From a virus (Duplodnaviria > Heunggongvirae > Uroviricota > Caudoviricetes), in IMG/VR virus record IMGVR_UViG_2541047899_000011: a DNA stretch of 35,999 nucleotides; one strand, written 5' to 3'. The notes under the pieces were generated by a model, which was not told the origin of the DNA, ran no database searches, and saw only the letters and a list, made by a program, of their open reading frames with translations. The translations under genes were made by a program, and so were the position numbers. Below, piece by piece: positions 35,421-35,999 of this stretch (position 1 is its first letter; each line of letters starts with the position of its first letter).

Positions 35421-35999
35421 ATGAAAATCAGAGCGGTAAAGGGCATCAGAAACGCCCATTATCTCGAAAATGGTGCGGTTGACTGCGAGGTGTTATTTGA
35501 AGGTGAAACGGAATTCGTCCCGTATACCGCCATGCAGGACGATAGCGCCCCGACAGGCCAGCACATCTGGGAGGAGCTGCAAAGCGGCAAATGGGGTGAA
35601 ATCGCCCCGTTCACCGTCACGCCTGAACTTATCGCAGCGGCAAAAGATGCCAGAAAGCGGGAAATCGAGGCATGGCGCACAGAACAGGAAGCGAAGCCGT
35701 TCACGTTCGAATGGAACGGCCACATCTGGAACGCTGGCCCCGACTCACTGGCTCGCCTTTATCCGGTGGTGATGGCATCAAAATCCGATACGGCGCGTGA
35801 CGTGATGACGTGGGGTGACGCCGATAATCAACAAGTGAAGATGTCGATGTCAGAGCTCGAAGGGCTGGCTACAGCAATGGCGCAGGCACAGGTTGATCGC
35901 AACGACGAGATTTATCAACGTCAGCGGGAGATGAAAGAGAGGTTGAGCAACCTGGATGATTTGCGCTCAATCAGAGCGATGACGATTAGCAGCAGTTAG
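35421..35999 (+). CDS. putative tail fibre assembly/chaperone protein
   Basis: 192 aa directly after the Stf-like gene; stop codon is the last triplet of the window; family assignment by position only. Confidence 0.55.
   Translation: MKIRAVKGIRNAHYLENGAVDCEVLFEGETEFVPYTAMQDDSAPTGQHIWEELQSGKWGEIAPFTVTPELIAAAKDARKREIEAWRTEQEAKPFTFEWNGHIWNAGPDSLARLYPVVMASKSDTARDVMTWGDADNQQVKMSMSELEGLATAMAQAQVDRNDEIYQRQREMKERLSNLDDLRSIRAMTISSS

Larger units (their letters stand above)
1..35999 (+). mobile_element. Mu-like transposable prophage, partial (ner through tail-fibre module; repressor/attL and right end outside window)
   Basis: Colinear + strand order Ner, DDE transposase, AAA+ B protein, small early genes, GemA, Mor, lysis, DUF1804/TerL/portal/F/G, I and major head, sheath/tube/TMP, N/P/baseplate, fibres; matches Mu-family organisation. 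Confidence 0.85.

Noticed and set aside
31871-35999. Invertible G segment with a Gin-type invertase
   Set aside because: Both fibre sets are co-oriented on the + strand, no recombinase ORF is present in the window, and I found no flanking inverted repeats by eye; any invertase would have to lie beyond the window end.
1-35999. CRISPR arrays, tRNA/rRNA genes, integrase or att sites
   Set aside because: No regularly spaced direct repeats, no cloverleaf-like tRNA candidates noticed, and no tyrosine/serine recombinase ORF; a transposable phage is not expected to carry an integrase.

Overview
The whole 36 kb window is one Mu-like transposable prophage read left to right, with every credible gene on the + strand. 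It runs from a Ner-like regulator at base 1 through a Mu-type DDE transposase, a B-type AAA+ ATPase, about 20 small early-region genes, GemA and a single Mor/C-family activator, a lysis cassette, an orphan DNA methyltransferase sitting between the DUF1804 packaging gene and the large terminase, then portal, F, G, I, major capsid, sheath, tube, tape measure, baseplate genes and two tandem tail-fibre sets. The c repressor, attL and the right end lie outside the window. No rRNA, tRNA or CRISPR array was seen. I could not identify a recognised defence system. The most unusual material is accessory: a small gene at 5004-5390 that looks AT-richer by eye and is flanked by two related leader hairpins, a pair of translationally coupled paralogous basic 58-aa ORFs, a secreted/membrane small-protein cassette at 7173-8069, a perfect 28-bp palindrome at 8100-8127, and a GTGCTGAAC-CCC motif found at three leader sites upstream of the lysis, head and baseplate gene blocks. 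All family names are recalled from the translated ORFs by eye; no database search was run, so they are assignments from memory, and GC statements are impressions, not computed values.
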